From an uncultured Acidobacteriota bacterium (GTDB taxonomy: Bacteria > Acidobacteriota > Thermoanaerobaculia > UBA5066), in the NCBI GenBank assembly GCA_963779415.1, contig CAVZYA010000001.1, forward strand, positions 256,001 through 320,000: 64,000 nucleotides of DNA. Direction: 5' to 3'. Numbering within the stretch: the first letter of the stretch is position 1; each line of letters starts with the position of its first letter. The notes beneath the pieces were generated by a model. The model worked only from the letters and a program-made list of their open reading frames with translations, was not told where the DNA came from and did no database searches. The position numbers were made by a program, and so were the translations under genes. This document shows positions 1-9,200 of this stretch, piece by piece.

Positions 1-1021
1 CGAACCTCTTCGTCAGCTCGAAGGGCTCTTCCCCCTCGTCGCTGTCGAGCCCGAGGACGAAGTTGGTCTGGACGTACGGCACGTATCTCAGGATCGTGTT
101 GACGTGCTCGGAGACCTCCACGACCTTCTTCATCCCCTTCATCGCCCCGGTCTTCGACTTGTTTCCCAGCTCGTACCAGGACTCGATGCCGGGGAGGAGG
201 GCGGCGAAGCCGTTCTTCCGGAGGCGTGCGAGGTGCGGCTCGGTGAGGATCGAGAGGCTGCTCTCGGCGGCAAAGGCGATGCTTCCCGGGGGGACCGCCT
301 CCTCGATGGCGCCGAGCGTCTCGTCGAAGCGGACTCCGAAGTTCGGGTCGTGCCAGCCGACATTGGGCCGGTGCTGCTTCGTCAGAAGGAACCGGAGATC
401 GTCCTTCAGGACTTCGACATCGAGCGCCTGATACGGAACCGTCGCGTCGATGCAGAAGCTGCAGGTGTATGGGCATCCGAGGCTGGCGAGCATCGGGACG
501 AGCTTCAGGACCGGAGCCTTGCGAAGCGTCGGCTCGATGAACTTCCAACGTTCGCGAACGCCCGGGAGGGAGAGCGGCTGCCGTGCCGCGCCCACGTGAA
601 GTCCGCGCGGGCGGTGAGGGGAGCAGTCGGCAAGGACGTCGCGGAGGACCGTCCGGTCGGTGAAGCCGAAGACGTAGTCGAAGTACTTCGCCGCGTCTTC
701 CGGAAAACAGCGGGCGTGAGGGCCTCCGAGCGCCGTCACGGCGCCCCGGAAGCGAAAGAGGTTACTCAGGGCGTAAGCGGTCTGCGCCGCCTCGGTGAAG
801 GCGCCGACGAAGACGAGGTCGACGCCGGCCGGCAGCTCTTCGACGAGGTTCTCGAAGCCCGTGTAGCAGACGTGCGTGACGTCGTGCCCCTCGGCCTCGC
901 ACCAGACCGCGACCACCTGCGGCATGATGCTCGCCAGGTTCGCGTTCATGGCCCGGGCGTAAAGGGTCTTCGTGGGCCCCCGGCTCACCAGGTCGATGAC
1001 GCCGATCCGCAGCTTGCGCAC
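1..1021 (-). CDS. B12-binding-domain radical SAM protein (partial, runs off window start)
   Basis: Not in ORF track. Manual minus-strand translation from GTG at 1021 gives VRKLRIGVIDL...TALGGPHARCFPEDA... and a CxxxCxxC motif (GCPYTCSFC), followed by WHDPNFG and QTNFVLGLD. Confidence 0.85.
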   Translation of the reverse strand, partial: MRKLRIGVIDLVSRGPTKTLYARAMNANLASIMPQVVAVWCEAEGHDVTHVCYTGFENLVEELPAGVDLVFVGAFTEAAQTAYALSNLFRFRGAVTALGGPHARCFPEDAAKYFDYVFGFTDRTVLRDVLADCSPHRPRGLHVGAARQPLSLPGVRERWKFIEPTLRKAPVLKLVPMLASLGCPYTCSFCIDATVPYQALDVEVLKDDLRFLLTKQHRPNVGWHDPNFGVRFDETLGAIEEAVPPGSIAFAAESSLSILTEPHLARLRKNGFAALLPGIESWYELGNKSKTGAMKGMKKVVEVSEHVNTILRYVPYVQTNFVLGLDSDEGEEPFELTKRF

Positions 1022-1346
1022 GGTCAAGGACCGCGCAGGCCATGGCGGTCGAAGCCGGGAGGCCTGGCTTGCGGGGAGACGACGGCGGGACGTGACGCCA
1101 TTCTTTCGAACTCCAGACTGAGAGTCTATCTCAAGAATACGGCCCGCATCGTCGACCGCGGGGAACGGAAGTCAGCGCGTCAGGCCCGGCCGTTGGGCGT
1201 CAGGCAGGGAAACGTCCGGCAGGGCCGAACGGCGACTCCTCATCTGGAGGCCTTTATCCGGTGCCGTCTCCTCCGGAGAGGGACCTCGGGAGCGTAGGAT
1301 GCGGAACGCTCCGGGTGATCTTTTCCGTCCGCAGGAGGAGGCTTCG

Positions 1347-2873
1347 ATGCTGCGTCGCCTCGTGTTCGTGTCTTGTCTCGCGATCTGCCTTCCGGTGGCC
1401 GAGGCCCAGAGCCCCTCGAAAGAGGTCCTGAAGCTGGAGAAGCAGCTCAAGGACAGGGACTCGAACGTGCGCGCGCAAGCCGCGTGGGACCTCGGGCAGA
1501 TGGGTGCGACCGACTCCGTTCCGGCGCTTGCCGAGGCCCTCGACGACCCCTCGAGCGCGGTCCGGGCCAATGCCGCCGCCTCGCTCTGGAAGCTCGGCGC
1601 CGCCTCGAAGCCGGCGATACCGGCATTGCGGAGGACACTCGAGGATCGCTCGTCCGCTGTCGTCGGCAACGCTGCCGGCGCCCTTCGCAACCTGGGAGTG
1701 CCGATGAAAGAGCTGGTTCCGGCCTATCGGCGCCTGCTCGCGAAGCCCGACTGCAAGTCCGCCGTGATCGGGCTCAAGGCTCTCGTCAACGAAGTGCCCC
1801 CGTCCGAGCTGTTCGACGCGGCGTGGGCGTGCGCCGAAGCTCCGGACGCCGATTCCGATACGCGGCGCGACGCTCGGGAGGCTCTCCGGAAGATCGTCGG
1901 CCGCCGCGATCGGGTCATGGTTCCCACGATCCTCGCCACCCTGGAGCGGCTCGGGGCCCGCGACGGCAGCGACCTGATGTCGGCCATCGCCTCGCTCGAC
2001 CCTCCGGTGAAGGAAGCGGTTCCCGTCCTCGTCGAGCTCCTGGACTCGGGGAACGAATCGACGCGGAGATCGGCCATCAGCGCCCTCGGACGCATGGGCC
2101 CCACGGCGCTTCCCGCCGTGCCACGACTCGTCGACAGCCTGCAGTCCGGGCGCGACCCGGAGACGCGCGTGGGAGCGGCGGAAGCCCTCGGCAGGATCGG
2201 CCCGAAGTGCGCCCCCGCCGCGGTCCCCGCCCTGGCCAGGGCCGCCCGCGACGACAAGTGGCCCAAGGTGCGCAGTACGGCGCTCACCGCGCTCGGCGAG
2301 ATGGGACCGGCCGCGCACGAGGCGATCCCGGTTCTGCTAGCTGCTCTCAAGGACCCGGACGGCTGGATCAGCCTGGCGGCCCGCAACGCGCTGTTCCGGG
2401 TGGAGCCGGGTAAGGCGGAGGAGGTCGCGGCGATTTCCGACGAGTCCCGGCCCGTGCAGAAGGGGAGCCTGTACGACGACCTCTCGCAGCTCTCGACGGT
2501 CCTGCCGGGCCGCGTCCCCGAGGTCTACGAACTCGTCGTCTACGATGACTTCGCGATGGCGACGGCGCCCTGCTCGGACACCGGGAGCGGTCGGTGCCGG
2601 TTCACCTACAAGGCGGGGACCGTGACCGGTCCGGACGACGGGAGCGGAGACTGCGACAAGAAGATCCAGCTTGCCAGGGTCGACTTCTCCATCGTGCCCG
2701 GGCTCGTCAAGCAGGCACCCGGGCTGCTCGGCTCTCCGTCCGGCAAGGTCGACGTCGTCCAGTTGAGCCCCGGCGTCTTCTGCAAGAGCCACGGCTGGAT
2801 CGTCAACGTGAAGGACGCCGGGATGGTCGAGTTCAAGCTCAACGGCAAAGTCGACAAGATCCGCAAGTTCTAG
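1347..2873 (+). CDS. Secreted HEAT-repeat protein
   Basis: GGAGGAGG RBS before ATG 1347; signal peptide; repeated D-x-x-VR-x-x-AA-x-ALG HEAT motifs; Cys-containing C-terminal domain. Confidence 0.85.
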   Translation: MLRRLVFVSCLAICLPVAEAQSPSKEVLKLEKQLKDRDSNVRAQAAWDLGQMGATDSVPALAEALDDPSSAVRANAAASLWKLGAASKPAIPALRRTLEDRSSAVVGNAAGALRNLGVPMKELVPAYRRLLAKPDCKSAVIGLKALVNEVPPSELFDAAWACAEAPDADSDTRRDAREALRKIVGRRDRVMVPTILATLERLGARDGSDLMSAIASLDPPVKEAVPVLVELLDSGNESTRRSAISALGRMGPTALPAVPRLVDSLQSGRDPETRVGAAEALGRIGPKCAPAAVPALARAARDDKWPKVRSTALTALGEMGPAAHEAIPVLLAALKDPDGWISLAARNALFRVEPGKAEEVAAISDESRPVQKGSLYDDLSQLSTVLPGRVPEVYELVVYDDFAMATAPCSDTGSGRCRFTYKAGTVTGPDDGSGDCDKKIQLARVDFSIVPGLVKQAPGLLGSPSGKVDVVQLSPGVFCKSHGWIVNVKDAGMVEFKLNGKVDKIRKF

Positions 2874-2902
2874 GTCGCCGGCTGCTCTTCCCCGGCATTC
2901 TG

Positions 2903-4840
2903 CTACGGAAGCTCGGTCGAGGAGACGCTGCCGCCGGCGAGTCCGGCATACAGCCGCGCCGGGCTGCCGCCGGCGATCGCGAGCGCCCGGACGTCGGTGT
3001 TCACGAGGCCTTCGTTCAGGGCCTTCCACGTCGCGCCCCCGTCCGTGCTCCCAAAGACGCCTTCGAAGGTGCCGGCGAAGACCTCTCCGTCCCGCGAGAT
3101 CACCACGGCCGCGACGTCGTCACCTTTCAGGCCCTGCGTGGTCCGGCTCCAGGTCACGCCGTTGTCGGTGCTGCGGAAGAGGCCCTCCCTGGTGGCGGCG
3201 AAGACCCGCTCGGGATGGCTCGGATCGACGGCGAGGTCCTGGATCTCGCCCGGGCGGACGAGGCTCCAGCTCTTGCCGCCGTCGTTCGTGCGGAAGAGGC
3301 CCTCCTTACCGCCGGCCGCCAGCACCGTGCCGGGGGTCGCAGACCGGAGGAGCGTCACGCTCGAGCTCGTGATCCCGGTTCCCGCCGGCTGCCACTTCTT
3401 CCCGCCGTCGACCGTCTTGAAGACGGCGGTCCCCGGGTCCCGGCTGGACCAGCTGCCGGAGTAGAACGTCTTCGAATCGGCGGGGTCCTGGACGAGGCTC
3501 TTGAACTGGGGCTCGGCGAGCCGCCCCTTCATCATGTCGCTCATGCTCGGGCCCTTCACCTCGACCTTCGAGAAGGAGCGCCCACCGTCTTCCGACCGGA
3601 ACCAGCTCGACGCGTCGTGGGCGTACACCTTCTTTGGCGAGTCGCGGTCGAAGACGATGCCGTCGATCTTTGCCGGTTCTCCCTGCGAGAAAGGAGCCTG
3701 GATTTCCGTCCAGACCCCCGGTCCGTCCATCCGGAAGAGACCGACGCTCATCTGCGCGAAGACCGGACCCGTGCCGGACGCCGGAGCGTAGAGCCGCTCA
3801 GTCCAGCCGGCAGCCATCCCCTTGCCCCGGGGTTCGAAGGTCTGCCCTCCGTCGGTGCTCCTGTAGAACCCGTCGCCCGCCGCTCCCGCGTAGACCGTGC
3901 CTTTCCTCGTGGGATGAAAGGCGAGCCCCTTGCACAGGTAGCTACCCAGCCCCGCTCCCGCCGAGCGCCAGGTCTCACCCGCATCGACGCTCACCCGCAG
4001 GCCGTTCTTCGTCGCCGCCAGGAGCGTCTGCGGATCGTGCGGGTCGATCTCGAGGCTGTAGATCTCGTCGGTGCCGCGCAGGCCCAGCTCCAGCTCCGTC
4101 CACGTCGCGCCGCCGTCCGAGCTCCTGTGTACCCGGCCGAACCCGGAGACCGCGTAGAGCGTGGAGGGGTTTCCCGCGGAGATTCGCAGGAGCTTGATGC
4201 TCTGCTGTCCGAGCCCTTCGCCGAAGGGGTGCCAGGTCCTGCCTCCGTCTTGGCTGCGGCTCAGGTTGTGCTCGGATCCGCGGCCGCCGGCGTAGACGAG
4301 GCTCGCGTTGCCAGGATGGATGGCGAACGCGTAGACGTCCTGGCCGGGGACGCGGAAGCTCTGCCAGGTCTTCCCGCCGTCGGCGCTGCGGTAGTGCAGG
4401 TTGGTGGACGGGACGAAGATGATCGCGGGCTTCGACGCGGCGAACGCGATCGGTTGTCCCACCGCGTCCGACGATCGATCGACGCGCACGCGCGCCCAGG
4501 TCCTTCCGCGATCGGGAGAACGCCAGAACGCGGGCGATCCGTCGCCTTCCACCCCGGCCCAGAGCGTGGCCGGGTCGCGGGGATCGACCTCGATCCACCG
4601 GACGTTGCGGCTGACCATCCCGTCGCCGGGCAGGACCCACGTCTGCCCGTCGTCGTCGCTTCGCCACACGCCGCCCCCCGAGGTTGCGGCGTAGATCGTG
4701 TCGGGCTTCGCCCCGTCCACGGCCACGTCCACGATGCTGGCCACAAAAGGTCCCTCGCTCCGCCACGCCGCGGCGGCGACCGCGGGGAGCGCCAGGAGAC
4801 CGGCGATGAGAACACCGAAAAGGCGCCGGAATCGCTTCAT
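2903..4840 (-). CDS. Secreted BNR/Asp-box beta-propeller protein (YCF48/VPS10-like)
   Basis: Signal peptide MKRFRRLFGVLIAGLLALPAVAAA; many S-x-D-G-G-x-T-W Asp-box repeats; GGAGG RBS. Confidence 0.85.
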   Translation of the reverse strand: MKRFRRLFGVLIAGLLALPAVAAAAWRSEGPFVASIVDVAVDGAKPDTIYAATSGGGVWRSDDDGQTWVLPGDGMVSRNVRWIEVDPRDPATLWAGVEGDGSPAFWRSPDRGRTWARVRVDRSSDAVGQPIAFAASKPAIIFVPSTNLHYRSADGGKTWQSFRVPGQDVYAFAIHPGNASLVYAGGRGSEHNLSRSQDGGRTWHPFGEGLGQQSIKLLRISAGNPSTLYAVSGFGRVHRSSDGGATWTELELGLRGTDEIYSLEIDPHDPQTLLAATKNGLRVSVDAGETWRSAGAGLGSYLCKGLAFHPTRKGTVYAGAAGDGFYRSTDGGQTFEPRGKGMAAGWTERLYAPASGTGPVFAQMSVGLFRMDGPGVWTEIQAPFSQGEPAKIDGIVFDRDSPKKVYAHDASSWFRSEDGGRSFSKVEVKGPSMSDMMKGRLAEPQFKSLVQDPADSKTFYSGSWSSRDPGTAVFKTVDGGKKWQPAGTGITSSSVTLLRSATPGTVLAAGGKEGLFRTNDGGKSWSLVRPGEIQDLAVDPSHPERVFAATREGLFRSTDNGVTWSRTTQGLKGDDVAAVVISRDGEVFAGTFEGVFGSTDGGATWKALNEGLVNTDVRALAIAGGSPARLYAGLAGGSVSSTELP

Positions 4841-4917
4841 CAGGCCCTCCTTCATCGTTCCGTGAGCGAACGCAACCATTATCTCGCCGCGGGGATGCCG
4901 GCCCCGGCGAAGGGAAG

Positions 4918-5637
4918 TCAGCGCGCGAGGCCGTAGCGCTGGCGGAGGGCCTGGTCCTCTCTCTGAAGGGACTCGGAGCGGGAGCGGAGGGCGGTGGCCC
5001 GGGTGACGACACTCGAGAGCTGGGGGGCGGGGTCGGGCGATTCCATCGCCGTCTTCAGGGAGCGAAGCATCGCCAGCGCGTCGTCGAGGCTCCCGAGGCT
5101 CTCGCGGTAGTGGGCGGCGCACGGGGCGGGGGGGGTGAGGGACGTGAGGCTCTCCTTGGCGGCCTCCGTCTCCCGGATCATCCTGTCGAGATCCGACGTG
5201 TCACCCTTCGCGAGGGCCGCCGCCATCTCGTTCGCGGCGCCTTCGGCGTCGCCGCTCATCTTCCCCGGCTGGATCTGGTCGACCGCGTCGAGGTATGCCG
5301 CGACGGCGGCCCGCGCCGCGTCGGGCCCTGCGCTGTTCGGCTCGCCAGCTTCTGGAGCGTGGGGCAGGGCTGGAGCCGGACGCGTCTCCACAGGTTCGGT
5401 GACTGACACGGCGGTCGGGCTCGTCGGCGGAAGGGGCTCAGCTCGCTGGACAGGGGCTGGTGGCTCGGTGACGGGCGAAGGGACCACCGCTGCCGGAAGC
5501 TCGTGTCCTGGCGGCTGGCCGGAGGGAGTCCCGGATCCGGAGGCCCGCCCCAGGACGAACGCCAGCGCGAGAAGCGACATGGCGGCGACGGCCACGACAC
5601 CGACCAGGAGGCCCTTGCTCACGCTGACCTTCTCCAT
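4918..5637 (-). CDS. Membrane-anchored hypothetical protein with Pro-rich linker and helical C-terminal domain
   Basis: ORF track; N-terminal TM helix; AGGAGG RBS. Confidence 0.7.
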   Translation of the reverse strand: MEKVSVSKGLLVGVVAVAAMSLLALAFVLGRASGSGTPSGQPPGHELPAAVVPSPVTEPPAPVQRAEPLPPTSPTAVSVTEPVETRPAPALPHAPEAGEPNSAGPDAARAAVAAYLDAVDQIQPGKMSGDAEGAANEMAAALAKGDTSDLDRMIRETEAAKESLTSLTPPAPCAAHYRESLGSLDDALAMLRSLKTAMESPDPAPQLSSVVTRATALRSRSESLQREDQALRQRYGLAR

Positions 5638-5679
5638 GTCACCTCCTGCCCGGGCCGGGCCCGAAGGAGCGGGCCGGCT

Positions 5680-6873
5680 TCACCGGCCCATTGTGAACGA
5701 GCCTGCGAGGTCTGGCGCGCAGCAGCCGGCGCCGCTGATCTGGCCGGAATAGGTCCCGGCGATCCCGCGCGTCGAGAAGGCCGTCGCTTCCCCGGTCGCG
5801 GACCCGGAGCAGGGGCTGACCGCGATCGTGAACTGCACGGAGTTCCCGTAGATCGTCCCCGACATGGTCCCGAGTGGCGTGGAGGCCGTGAAGGAACAAC
5901 TGGCCTGGTCGACGACGACGGCACTGCTTCCGAAGGCGCCGCAGCGATTGCTCCAGGTGAAGGTCCAGGATCCTGCGATGTTGGTGCACGGAGAGTTGTC
6001 CCGCTGAGACGCGAGGTGGAGGTCGCCGTCGTTCGTGACGTTGTCGTTCACGACGATGTATCCCGTCAAGGAACCGGACGGAGTCGTGAACGCGATGCCG
6101 CCCCCCGGCGCAAAGAGGTTGAAGCCGGTCAGGCTCTGCTGAACGGAGGAGAAGGGCGGCACCTGAAGATCGATTGTTCCGGCAACCGAGAAGTTCGTGT
6201 TGGTGACGGTGACGGTGCAGGTGGCCGTCGTGGAGCCGTGGTTGAAGCAGCCGACGTTCGTCCGCCTGTAGCTGTCATTGACGGCTCCCGCGACGCTGGC
6301 GAAGCCCGACGGGGAGATCGTCGGGCCGGTCGTGGCCGGAAGAGTGATCGAGTAGAGGCCGCCCGTCGGGCTGAGCGTCCAGGTTCGACCCCAGGCCGAG
6401 AGAAGGGAGTGGCCTCCGACGGCGGAGCTGGAGTCCTCTGCGACATGAACGAGGACGGTCGCCGCGCCCGTGAGACCGAACGATCCGACGATGTCCGGGA
6501 AATACGACCACTGGGAGTCCTTCATCGAGTAACGCCGCCCCACCGCATAGCTGTTGTCCGTCTCCGCCGGCAGGACGAAGAGGTCGAAGACGATGGAACC
6601 GTTCCCGATGCCCGAGCCTTCGAGAACGAGGTCGGTCTTGAAGAAGGAGCCGAACCGGCCCGCGCCTCTGGAGGCACCAAGGATGTAGATCCAGGCCGAA
6701 GGTCCCTCCGTCAACACGTGCAGGGGCTGACGTCGGAAGGCAGGGCTCGACCCCTGGAAGTAATCGGAGAGGACCCCGTCGGAAGTGCCGAGGAACGTCA
6801 CTCCGGAAGGAGCCTCCGTCGCCGTCGCGGTCGTGGCGGCCAGGAGCCATGCGAAAGGAAGCAGTCGCTTCAC
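5680..6873 (-). CDS. Secreted hypothetical protein (Thermoanaerobaculia-type 'GxFGSFFKTDL' domain plus Cys-containing C-terminal beta domain)
   Basis: Signal peptide; GASRGAGRFGSFFKTDL and YRRTNVG...YIVVNDNVTNDG motifs; GGAGG RBS before GTG start. Confidence 0.7.
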   Translation of the reverse strand: MKRLLPFAWLLAATTATATEAPSGVTFLGTSDGVLSDYFQGSSPAFRRQPLHVLTEGPSAWIYILGASRGAGRFGSFFKTDLVLEGSGIGNGSIVFDLFVLPAETDNSYAVGRRYSMKDSQWSYFPDIVGSFGLTGAATVLVHVAEDSSSAVGGHSLLSAWGRTWTLSPTGGLYSITLPATTGPTISPSGFASVAGAVNDSYRRTNVGCFNHGSTTATCTVTVTNTNFSVAGTIDLQVPPFSSVQQSLTGFNLFAPGGGIAFTTPSGSLTGYIVVNDNVTNDGDLHLASQRDNSPCTNIAGSWTFTWSNRCGAFGSSAVVVDQASCSFTASTPLGTMSGTIYGNSVQFTIAVSPCSGSATGEATAFSTRGIAGTYSGQISGAGCCAPDLAGSFTMGR

Positions 6874-7016
6874 AGGATCCTCCTTCGACTTCCGGGAGAA
6901 ATCTGCGCTGGATGCCCGGGCGACGATATGAAGCGGCTGAACTACCGGCGCGGAAATCGCGCGAGACGGTGATCCGCGTCACCCGGGTCGGCGCGGCTCC
7001 TGCAGAGCCGGCGTCT

Positions 7017-7790
7017 TCAGGGTCCCGGTCCGAAGGTGAGGAGGTACGCGAGATAGGCCTGGCTGCAGTCGCAGCCGGAGATCGCCCGGCCGGCCGAGAA
7101 GAGAAGGTGGTGATGTTCTCCGAAGTCGAGGACGAAGCCGATGTTGAAGCGGACCTCGGGACTTCCCCCTTCTTCGGAGGGGGACTGGTAGTAGACCTCC
7201 GCGCCGGGGGCGAAGGACGGGGTGAGCTGAACCTGGGCCTGCCACCCCGCGAACCACCAGTTCCGGTTTCCCTCGCCGGGATTGAGCCAGTAGCCGCCGC
7301 CCCCGTAGGTCGTCCACTTTCCGAAGCTCTTCTGCAGCCAGACCGGGAGGTACGCCCGAACGTGGCCGGCGCCGAGTCCGCGGGCGGCGTCGCCCGCCGG
7401 CAGCTCAACGAGGGGGAAGGTTCCGATCTGCGGCCGGTCTTCCGTCTCCTCCACGAACCGGTACTTCGCTCCGAGCTCGATGTCGCCGAGGCCCCATTCC
7501 GACGCTGCGCCCGATGTCCGGGCATACGAGAGCGGGACGATCATGTGGAGCTGGAGATCGGGCGCGGCGCCGTAGTTCGCCTCGACGTGCGGAAGGTCGC
7601 CGGAGCGCGCGCCGGGGTCCGCCTCCCCCATCAGGGCGAGATAGAGCTCCCCGTGCCGGAAGTCGACGGGCTGCGGGTCGTCGGTGATGTACGGCGGGCC
7701 GGCGAGCAGGGAAGAGGCGGCGAGGAGCGTCCCGGAGAAGAGAGACGCCAGGGTTCGTCGTTTGAGCCGCGCGAAAAGGGCTCCTCTCAC
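7017..7790 (-). CDS. Putative outer-membrane beta-barrel (MetA-pathway/transporter-like family)
   Basis: Signal peptide followed by GPPYITDDPQPVD; GLGDIELGAKYRF motif; amphipathic strands with an aromatic-rich C-terminus. Confidence 0.7.
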   Translation of the reverse strand: MRGALFARLKRRTLASLFSGTLLAASSLLAGPPYITDDPQPVDFRHGELYLALMGEADPGARSGDLPHVEANYGAAPDLQLHMIVPLSYARTSGAASEWGLGDIELGAKYRFVEETEDRPQIGTFPLVELPAGDAARGLGAGHVRAYLPVWLQKSFGKWTTYGGGGYWLNPGEGNRNWWFAGWQAQVQLTPSFAPGAEVYYQSPSEEGGSPEVRFNIGFVLDFGEHHHLLFSAGRAISGCDCSQAYLAYLLTFGPGP

Positions 7791-7817
7791 GTCTTCGCCG
7801 ATTCGGCGGTTCGCGAC

Positions 7818-7979
7818 TCAGGCGCGGCGGCGGCCGAAGAGCCGCTCGAACAGCGATTCGGGCGGTGGGCAGGTGCAACGTTTCTGGGGAGGGACACCGG
7901 CGAGGGCGCGTTCGACATGCCGTCCGCAGCCGGCCCACGTCGGCTTGTCGCAGCGCGTGCATCGGGTCTGGTGACACAT
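7818..7979 (-). CDS. Small Cys-rich protein (53 aa), probably metal-binding
   Basis: Below ORF-track cutoff: MCHQTRCTRCDKPTWAGCGRHVERALAGVPPQKRCTCPPPESLFERLFGRRRA*; C-x4-CxxC-xKPTWAGCGxH...CxC pattern. Confidence 0.8.
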   Translation of the reverse strand: MCHQTRCTRCDKPTWAGCGRHVERALAGVPPQKRCTCPPPESLFERLFGRRRA

Positions 7980-8016
7980 ACGGGGCGGGATTCTCGCACG
8001 GGAGGGAGTCCGTACA

Positions 8017-8124
8017 AGGGGTCGCGGGTCCGAATCCCGCCGTCCCGACCCTCTCTTCTCTCAGAGACTGATCGGGACGATTGGAGCGTTCCGGTGTCGG
8101 ACGGCCGGATTCGGACCCGCAACC
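8017..8124. repeat. Inverted repeat derived from the 3' half of a tRNA (tRNA-Pro-like); not an intact tRNA
   Basis: 8017-8050 AGGGGTCGCGGGTCCGAATCCCGCCGTCCCGACC has a T-stem GCGGG/CCCGC and the acceptor 3' strand. The reverse complement of 8093-8124 is GGTTGCGGGTCCGAATCCGGCCGTCCGACACC. Both arms share a non-canonical TCCGAAT T-loop. Confidence 0.7.
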
Positions 8125-8143
8125 GGTATTTTCGAGATCTCCG

Positions 8144-8293
8144 TCAGATGACCCGTCGCCCCTGGAGGAGCTGGATCAGAAGGACGACGACGGCGACGAC
8201 GAGCAGGATATGAATGAGGCCGCCCATCGAGTACGCGGTGATCATCCCGAGAGCCCAGAGGACCAGGAGGATCACGAAGATTGTCCAGAGCAT
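8144..8293 (-). CDS. lmo0937-family small membrane protein (copy 1)
   Basis: MLWTIFVILLVLWALGMITAYSMGGLIHILLVVAVVVLLIQLLQGRRVI*; AAGGAG RBS. Confidence 0.9.
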   Translation of the reverse strand: MLWTIFVILLVLWALGMITAYSMGGLIHILLVVAVVVLLIQLLQGRRVI

Positions 8294-8317
8294 GGTGTCT
8301 CCTTTCTCCCGTCCGAC

Positions 8318-8872
8318 TCAGCCAAGGAGATCGACGACGTTCTTGACGCCTTCGATCGAACGGGTCTTCTTGATCGCTTCCCTGGAGATATCGGGGTTGT
8401 CGAGCTTGCCGCGCAGGCTGACGACGCCGTCGACGACCTCGACCTCGATCTTGAGCGCGTTCGCGCCGATGTCGGTCAGAAGGATGGTTTTCACCTTCAG
8501 CTCGAGCGCGACGTTCTTCACCGAGGCTTCGCTGGCTTCCACGGTCCCTGCGGCGTTCCTGACGGTGACCTCGTTGTCGACCTTCTTGATCCCCTTGACC
8601 GAGAGGGCGACCTCATTCGCGAGCCCCTGGCTTGGCGTCCTGGCGACCTCACCCGTGAGGGTGGCGGTCTCTCCCGTGACAGAGACCGTGATTCCGAGGG
8701 CGTCGCTTCCGAGCTTGTCGATCAGCATCGACTTGACGGAGATGGCGCTGATCGTGTCGGAAAGCTCCGTCGACACCGGCTTGGCGTCGGGCGCGGCATT
8801 CGCGGGTGGTGCCGAGAGAAGCCATGTGAGGGAAAGGGCCGCCGAGATGATCGATACCGGGGTCTTGTTCAT
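8318..8872 (-). CDS. Dual BON-domain protein (OsmY-like)
   Basis: Signal peptide MNKTPVSIISAALSLTWLLSA; two BON repeats (SDTISAISVKSMLI...VKGIKKVDNEV; LKVKTILL...GVVSLRG...IEGVKNVVDLL). Confidence 0.88.
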   Translation of the reverse strand: MNKTPVSIISAALSLTWLLSAPPANAAPDAKPVSTELSDTISAISVKSMLIDKLGSDALGITVSVTGETATLTGEVARTPSQGLANEVALSVKGIKKVDNEVTVRNAAGTVEASEASVKNVALELKVKTILLTDIGANALKIEVEVVDGVVSLRGKLDNPDISREAIKKTRSIEGVKNVVDLLG

Positions 8873-8897
8873 GAAACGAGCCTCCGTCCCTCGACCG

Positions 8898-8913
8898 CGC
8901 AATTGCCCTGCCA
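8898..8913 (-). promoter_or_regulatory. sigma54 -24/-12 promoter (BON-lmo0937 operon)
   Basis: TGGCAGGGCAATTGCG, GG-N10-GC; predicted +1 about 15 nt before the ATG. Confidence 0.8.
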
Positions 8914-8974
8914 GCGTCGGCGGGCTCTCTCGAGCGCGTTGGACCGGTGGGAGAACGTTTACGCGCCTTTGGCG

Positions 8975-9008
8975 TGGAAATAGTTCCATCACACTTGAAA
9001 GAGGTGCT
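8975..9008. promoter_or_regulatory. Candidate bEBP enhancer (tandem dyads)
   Basis: TGGAAATAGTTCCA at 8975 and TGAAAGAGGTGCT at 8996, 21 bp apart; nearly identical to 47109-47142. Confidence 0.65.
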
Positions 9009-9200
9009 TCATGGAGCCAGCCCGTCACCGGGTCCACCTCGCACAAGCCGGGTTCGCGGACCTCTCCTTTCTCGAGAGTCCCCTTCGTTGCGCCGATGGT
9101 CTCCGGGCGAAGCGCGACGGCGGAGCTGGTACGCCACGTGCTAGGAGGAAAGAGATGAGCGAAAGATCGCCCGAGGGCTTCTCGGGCGCCGGAGGCCACG

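Noticed and set aside
104-1297. Plus-strand 397-aa ORF
   Set aside because: Antisense to the radical SAM gene, which has clear motifs on the minus strand.
7981-8050. Intact tRNA-Pro gene
   Set aside because: Acceptor and T stems are present, but it is too short, has no D or anticodon arm and has a mutated T-loop; kept only as a remnant.
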